From contig JADKDV010000011.1 in NCBI GenBank assembly GCA_016718315.1, positions 5,337 to 69,336 of the forward strand: a DNA stretch of 64,000 nucleotides, read 5' to 3'. Both the position numbers and the translations under genes were made by a program. This stretch comes from Candidatus Obscuribacter sp. GTDB taxonomy: Bacteria; Cyanobacteriota; Vampirovibrionia; Obscuribacterales; Obscuribacteraceae. The notes under the pieces were generated by a model that had not been told where the DNA came from, did no database searches, and was given only the letters and a program-made list of their open reading frames with translations. Shown here piece after piece: positions 59,401-64,000 of this stretch (positions are counted from its first letter, which is position 1; each line of letters starts with the position of its first letter).

Positions 59401-60492
59401 ATGCGCTGGCTTAGCCAGTTACTGATTTTATCGACTGTTTTAAGCTCATCGCTTGTGGCGCAGGCCGGTAGTGATTGGCAGTCAGAGCGTGAGATTGCTG
59501 ACAAGCTTGAGCGCAGCCACCAGGATGATGAGGCACTTAAACACTATCGTCTGGCTCTAGCCAGAGTGCCGTCCACTGACTTTGTTAACCGCGCTTATCT
59601 ACTCGCTCAGATTAGTACTCATTATTTGCGCAAAAGAGATTGGGCTGAGGCTAAAAAGGCTCTTTTTGCTGCCACATCTACTGTGCAGCAACTGCAAAAG
59701 CTTGGTCATCTAAACGATGATTTGGTTCTGGCGATAACTTCACTACGTGAGGAGATCAATTTGCATCTCTATCGAGAAAAAGTCTCTTTTGCCGAGCGCA
59801 AAGTATTGCTCGTTATGTCCGAAAATCTAGACGTAAATTGCTTGCCGCAGCAGCTTGATTATAACCGCTGCACCGATCTGGCACGTGGCTATCTGGGTAG
59901 TGCCGATGCCCCTGCCGCTTTGCTCTGTCTTGAGCGGCTAGAGGGTCATATGAAGGGTGATGCCAATGATCGTTTTAAATTACAACTGCGAAAAGCAGTA
60001 TTAAATAAAGTGGCGGGCAAACCAGCAGACTTTAATCGTTTAAGCCGTGAGCTGCGTGCTAGAAGTGATATCGCCACAAGTGCCTGCGCAATTGCCGAGG
60101 CCCAGACTTGGGCTTGTGATTATAGCGGTGTCCCGATTACGATAGCGCAAGCTCGTGGGCAGTTGGCTAAAGCTAAAAAACTAGATGCTGATGTTCAAAG
60201 CCGGTTATACCAGGTCGAAATCACCAATGCTCTGGATAGAGGTTATTATCCACTTGGTGAGCAGCTTTGCCGCAAGTGGTTAGCGCTGCCACAAAAGGCT
60301 TTTACTGAGAAGCAAATAGAAAGTGTCAAGGGCAGTCTCTCAGTTTGCTTGCAGCAGCAAAATAAGAGTGATACCACCAATGCCGCCTCACTATATAATC
60401 AAAGTAAGAGCAAACAATTTGAGTTTTTGGTGGACGAAGAAAGAGAAGCGCAGCGGGCTATAGAACAGGATAGGCTCAAACGTCGGCACTGA
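59401..60492 (+). CDS. Secreted helical-repeat protein (paralog 1)
   Basis: ATG 59401 gives MRWLSQLLILSTVLSSSLVAQA (a signal peptide). The body is helical and TPR-like. It is colinear with 60632-61773. Confidence 0.6.
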   Translation: MRWLSQLLILSTVLSSSLVAQAGSDWQSEREIADKLERSHQDDEALKHYRLALARVPSTDFVNRAYLLAQISTHYLRKRDWAEAKKALFAATSTVQQLQKLGHLNDDLVLAITSLREEINLHLYREKVSFAERKVLLVMSENLDVNCLPQQLDYNRCTDLARGYLGSADAPAALLCLERLEGHMKGDANDRFKLQLRKAVLNKVAGKPADFNRLSRELRARSDIATSACAIAEAQTWACDYSGVPITIAQARGQLAKAKKLDADVQSRLYQVEITNALDRGYYPLGEQLCRKWLALPQKAFTEKQIESVKGSLSVCLQQQNKSDTTNAASLYNQSKSKQFEFLVDEEREAQRAIEQDRLKRRH

Positions 60493-60610
60493 AGTGAAGA
60501 TTGAGTTGATGAATGTATTGATGAATGAATGACTTGATGATTGAATGAGTCGATGAATGAGTTGATGAATGGATTGAATGAGTTGATGAATGAATAAATT
60601 GAATGATTGC
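60493..60610. repeat. Degenerate ~11-12-bp tandem repeat (TTGATGAATGAG)n, intergenic
   Basis: About nine units lie between the two paralogous genes. TGA and ATG triplets are dense in every frame. Confidence 0.75.
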
Positions 60611-60631
60611 TAGTCGTCTTGGAGTAATAGT

Positions 60632-61450
60632 TTGCCCTTAAGTTTAAAACACAATGCCGCTAGACTGTCAGTATGCTGCTGCACTAGCATTGCTTTGTAT
60701 TTTGTTTTAGTTATTACTTATCCTTGTGTATTTATTGCTCAGGTCCATGCCTCCGCTATCTGGGAATCTGAGCGGGCACTGGGTGATAAATGCGACATAG
60801 ATAAGCGTGGTGAAGAAGCCCTGGCTCATTATCGTCTGGCCTTAAAGTCCCTACCCGCCAGTGATTTGATTAATAAAGCAGATTTGCAGACTCTAGTAAT
60901 ATTGCAGCTTGTCAAACTTAAGCGTGATGATCAGGCGAGCCTTGAACTTAATTTACTGGTCAATCAGATGCGGCAGCTGGGCGGACAGCATGCCGCAACT
61001 GACCGGCTCCTTTATTCGCTCACGGCACTTGCTGAAGAATTAGATATGAGGGCTCAAGGGGGTCAGGGCACATCTGCTCAGCGCAAAAAGCAATTGTCTA
61101 TGCTAGAGCGTTTGTATTGTAATTGCTTGCCTAAATACGTTGGTGTTGACAGACTTTGCGCTGAGACACGCGTGTTTTTGAGCTATGGTGATAACCATAG
61201 TGCCTGGCAATTTATGGAAAATGTCGCACCCTATATGCACTTTACTGAGCACAAGCGAGATAAGTTTGTGGCGCGCATAGCCGTTGTCAAAAAGCGAGAT
61301 GGCAAGCCTGAGTCTTACAATAAGCTCTTTGCAGAGCTGACAGCAAAAAAGGGCTTGGTCAGGCTGCTGCCACCATGGCTGATGCTCAGACTTGGGCGGC
61401 AGACTATGAAGGCTGTATCCAGACTATTGAGTCTGCCCGTAAGTCTCTAA
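60632..61450 (+). CDS. Secreted helical-repeat protein (paralog 2), upstream part of a frameshifted gene
   Basis: WESERALGDKCDIDKRGEEALAHYRLAL parallels WQSEREIADKLERSHQDDEALKHYRLAL of paralog 1. The start is TTG. Similarity switches frame at the A6G3 run (61345-61353). Confidence 0.55.
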   Translation: MPLSLKHNAARLSVCCCTSIALYFVLVITYPCVFIAQVHASAIWESERALGDKCDIDKRGEEALAHYRLALKSLPASDLINKADLQTLVILQLVKLKRDDQASLELNLLVNQMRQLGGQHAATDRLLYSLTALAEELDMRAQGGQGTSAQRKKQLSMLERLYCNCLPKYVGVDRLCAETRVFLSYGDNHSAWQFMENVAPYMHFTEHKRDKFVARIAVVKKRDGKPESYNKLFAELTAKKGLVRLLPPWLMLRLGRQTMKAVSRLLSLPVSL

Positions 61451-61773
61451 AAAAGTCTGGCACGCTGGACAATGCAGCCTTGCGCGCCATGTCTATGTCA
61501 CTGATTGATTGTAGTATGGACCGCGGTGCATGGAGTCTTGCCGAGAGAGAGTGCAAGACCTGGTTAGCTCTCCCCGGAGCCAACACCAGTCCTGACCGTA
61601 AGCTTGTGTTGCAGGGGCTTATCAGATGTTTGCAGCAGCAGTCAAAAAATGCTGAAGCGAAAAAATACGAGCAACAAATTAATTCAGGCCTCAGTGACTA
61701 TGACTTCATTACTGAAGACGAAAAAGCGGTTCAAAAAGAAATTCAAAGTCGCCGCGGCAAAAACTTAAAGTAA
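61375..61773 (+). CDS. Paralog 2, downstream part of a frameshifted gene
   Basis: ADAQTWAADYEG...CKTWLALPG parallels AEAQTWACDYSG...CRKWLALPQ of paralog 1. Confidence 0.55.
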   Translation: MADAQTWAADYEGCIQTIESARKSLKKSGTLDNAALRAMSMSLIDCSMDRGAWSLAERECKTWLALPGANTSPDRKLVLQGLIRCLQQQSKNAEAKKYEQQINSGLSDYDFITEDEKAVQKEIQSRRGKNLK

Positions 61774-62274
61774 TTATGTTGTGCTAGTGGCTGTGTGTTT
61801 GTCCGTCGGGTGCCACTTGTGCGATTCGCGTGGACGAATTATCTCCACAGAGCAAGGAGCGTGATTGACAATCGCGCGTGAAACACTGCCTAGCAGGTTG
61901 TGGGGGCAGACATCTTTGCCGTGGGCACCGAGCATGATGGCATCAGCCATCCAGTCCACAGCACTGTTGATTATTTCAGTGCGAGGCAGTCCCTCTCTAA
62001 TTTCATAGTGAGCTAAGGCATTGGGGATTTCGGCTTCGATGCGATGGCGTACTTCCTGACAAAAATGTTCGGCTGCTTCGTGTCTGTGCTTGTCTATCTC
62101 TTGCAATGTCTCGGCAAAGGCCGCTGAGTCATCAAAGTCGTAGCCAGAAGTAGGCAGAGGCTCCAGTACTGTGAGGATTTTAAAGCTCATGTTGGCTGGC
62201 CAGTGACGTTTAATTAAAGTGCCGACCACTTGTTTGGAGTATGGTGAGTCGTCTATGGCAATGATCACTTTCAT
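61774..62274 (-). CDS. Universal stress protein (UspA family)
   Basis: MKVIIAIDDSPYS and the C-terminal ATP-binding-type motif GAHGKDVCPHNLLGSVSRAIVNHAPCSVEIIR are present. Confidence 0.8.
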   Translation of the reverse strand: MKVIIAIDDSPYSKQVVGTLIKRHWPANMSFKILTVLEPLPTSGYDFDDSAAFAETLQEIDKHRHEAAEHFCQEVRHRIEAEIPNALAHYEIREGLPRTEIINSAVDWMADAIMLGAHGKDVCPHNLLGSVSRAIVNHAPCSVEIIRPRESHKWHPTDKHTATSTT

Positions 62275-62497
62275 GGTTTTACTCCCTTTAGAGCGCTATT
62301 ACCAGTGTGACCTGTTTACACTGAGTAAACCTCCATCAGGGGATTGATTTGCAGATGGCAAAAGTGCCTAAAAGTTGCCTCAAACAGTCATCCTCCGGGA
62401 GGACGATAACGACTATTCTAAAAATGTCCTTCTCAAAGTCGATAAAATTAGATACTAGTAGAGTGATAATGCCAGGGCACAGCAAAGTGGGTCACAA

Positions 62498-64000
62498 ATG
62501 AAGGCTAAAGACGCTCCCAGCCAGTTGGATGCTGGCAATACCAGCACAACTCTTGGCGCCTTTGCCAGTCAACCAATGGAGCAAATTGCCACCAGTTTTG
62601 CTGTTGACTTGAGCGTTGGTCTTACTGCTGAGCTTGCTGCCACAAGGCTCAAGCAAGTTGGACCTAATTGTATGACCGGGTTTAAAACGCGCTCGCCGTC
62701 AGACATATTGATTGATCAGTTTAAGTCTAGTGTGGTTGTGCTACTGCTGGTGGCTAGTGCCATCAGTGGCTTTAGTCATGAGTATATGCAGATGGCAGGT
62801 ATCATGGCAGCAGTGGTTATTAATGCCGTTATTGGTTTTATCACAGAGTACCGTGCTCTTGTCTCTTTGCGCGCCCTAGAAGCACTCTCTGGACCCCTGG
62901 CGCGCATCAGACGCGGTGGAGTGGAGATGGAGCTGGCTGCTAGCGAGCTTGTCCCTGGTGATTTGGTTTTACTTGATGCAGGTAGTCGTGTGCCTGCCGA
63001 TATGAGGCTCTTTCAGGCGGCCAGTCTGGCTATCGATGAGTCGATATTAACCGGCGAGAGCGTGCCCGCCTACAAAGATATCGTGCCCCATGAGAGCGGC
63101 ATGGAGTCTATCGCTCATCAGGGCACAGTAGTCGTATCCGGGCGTGGTCGGGGTGTTGTGGTCGCCACTGGTGACAGTACCAGACTTGGTAAGCTTGGTC
63201 AAAAGCTCTGTTCGATTTCACTGAGTACTACGCCTCTTGAGCGCAATCTCGAGCACCTTGGTAGTGCTCTATCGACTATGACGGTAGTCATTTGTGTTGT
63301 GCTCTTTGGTGTTGGTTGTATCCAGCAGCGCGATCTTTTTCAGATGCTGCAGATAAGCATATCTCTGGCTGTAGCTGCCATACCAGAGGGGCTACCGGTG
63401 GTAGCGACTCTGGCACTTGCTCTCGGTACTCAGCGCATGGTCAAGCTCAACGCTTTGATACGTAAACTAAGCGCGGTGGAGACACTGGGTTGTACTCAGA
63501 TTATTTGTACCGACAAAACTGGCACTTTGACCCAAAATCAAATGTCTGTCTCAGAGATAGTTATCGGTGGTCGTACCATCAATGTCTCTGGCAGTGGTTA
63601 CGCCCCTACTGGGGATCTTAGCGAAGTAGGCAATCGACTTGACCTCGCGACCGAGCCTGTTTTGACCCAGCTACTGATGGCAGTGGCGCTTTGTAATGAT
63701 GCCCGAGTCGAAAAGCACTTGGACGAGTCTAGCTGGCATGTGCTCGGTGACCCCACTGAAGGTGCCCTAGTGACAGTGGCTGCCAAAGCAGGTCTGCATC
63801 AAAATCATCTGAAGCAAACCTATCCCAGACTAAACGAATTGCCTTTTGATATGACACGTAAGCGTATGACTACAGTGCATGCTCTTGCCGACAAAAAAAT
63901 CACAGCCTTTGTCAAAGGTTCTCCTGAGTCCACTCTTGCTGTGTCTACTTCTTATCTATCCGATGAAGGAATAAGACCGCTAGATAGCGAGATGCTGACT
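62498..64000 (+). CDS. Cation-transporting P-type ATPase (P2-type, Ca2+/Mg2+-like), 5' partial; continues beyond the window
   Basis: ATG 62498 opens a frame that stays open to the window end (501 codons). Motifs are the N-terminal Cation_ATPase_N-like LSVGLTAELAATRLKQVGPN, TGES, PEGLP and ICTDKTGTLTQNQM. It is absent from the ORF track because no stop lies within the window. Confidence 0.85.
   Translation, partial: MKAKDAPSQLDAGNTSTTLGAFASQPMEQIATSFAVDLSVGLTAELAATRLKQVGPNCMTGFKTRSPSDILIDQFKSSVVVLLLVASAISGFSHEYMQMAGIMAAVVINAVIGFITEYRALVSLRALEALSGPLARIRRGGVEMELAASELVPGDLVLLDAGSRVPADMRLFQAASLAIDESILTGESVPAYKDIVPHESGMESIAHQGTVVVSGRGRGVVVATGDSTRLGKLGQKLCSISLSTTPLERNLEHLGSALSTMTVVICVVLFGVGCIQQRDLFQMLQISISLAVAAIPEGLPVVATLALALGTQRMVKLNALIRKLSAVETLGCTQIICTDKTGTLTQNQMSVSEIVIGGRTINVSGSGYAPTGDLSEVGNRLDLATEPVLTQLLMAVALCNDARVEKHLDESSWHVLGDPTEGALVTVAAKAGLHQNHLKQTYPRLNELPFDMTRKRMTTVHALADKKITAFVKGSPESTLAVSTSYLSDEGIRPLDSEMLT

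Noticed and set aside
62275-62497. A possible metal or Mg2+ riboswitch-type leader upstream of the P-type ATPase.
   Set aside because: Only a weak imperfect hairpin is visible (tcatcctccgggaggacga). I cannot recognise any M-box or other riboswitch consensus by eye. A covariance-model scan would be needed.

Overview
This is a bacterial chromosomal segment with about 60 protein-coding genes on both strands. I recognised no rRNA, tRNA, CRISPR array, transposase or integrase. The most unusual region is 214-8293. An 847-aa Pro-rich protein with no signal peptide carries a papain-type Q..C..H..N-x-W-G catalytic signature in its C-terminal half. Thirty nt downstream begins a co-oriented tandem array of paralogous ~215-230-aa genes of unknown function. 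The array is a repeated A-B-C triplet: six copies are intact, three are decayed, and a short tenth remnant follows. It ends in that truncated remnant directly beside an AbiEi/AbiEii type IV toxin-antitoxin pair (8485-10094). I read this as a candidate protease or toxin plus an immunity/inhibitor array, which is an inference.

Other notable content:
- A wHTH-Fic protein has a degenerate catalytic motif, and six exactly 20-bp-phased TAGGCAAT repeats lie upstream of it.
- A CpxA/CpxR/CpxP-like envelope-stress module has matching Pro/Gly-rich tracts in the sensor and the LTXXQ protein.
- A split SWIM/SNF2 helicase contains simple-sequence repeats.
- A CHAP-like papain-fold protein with no signal peptide is followed by two secreted paralogs.
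- There are several intergenic short tandem repeats.
- Ordinary genes include gldA, bglX, recD2, two P-type ATPases, a DUF2252 protein, a MOSC protein, SDR and FAD oxidoreductases, a GNAT acetyltransferase, a glycosyltransferase, a USP protein, and TPR/LRR/HEAT proteins.

At least six conserved genes have broken reading frames, three of them at homopolymer runs. Assembly error versus real gene decay needs checking. All functional calls rest on motifs read by eye; no database search was run.
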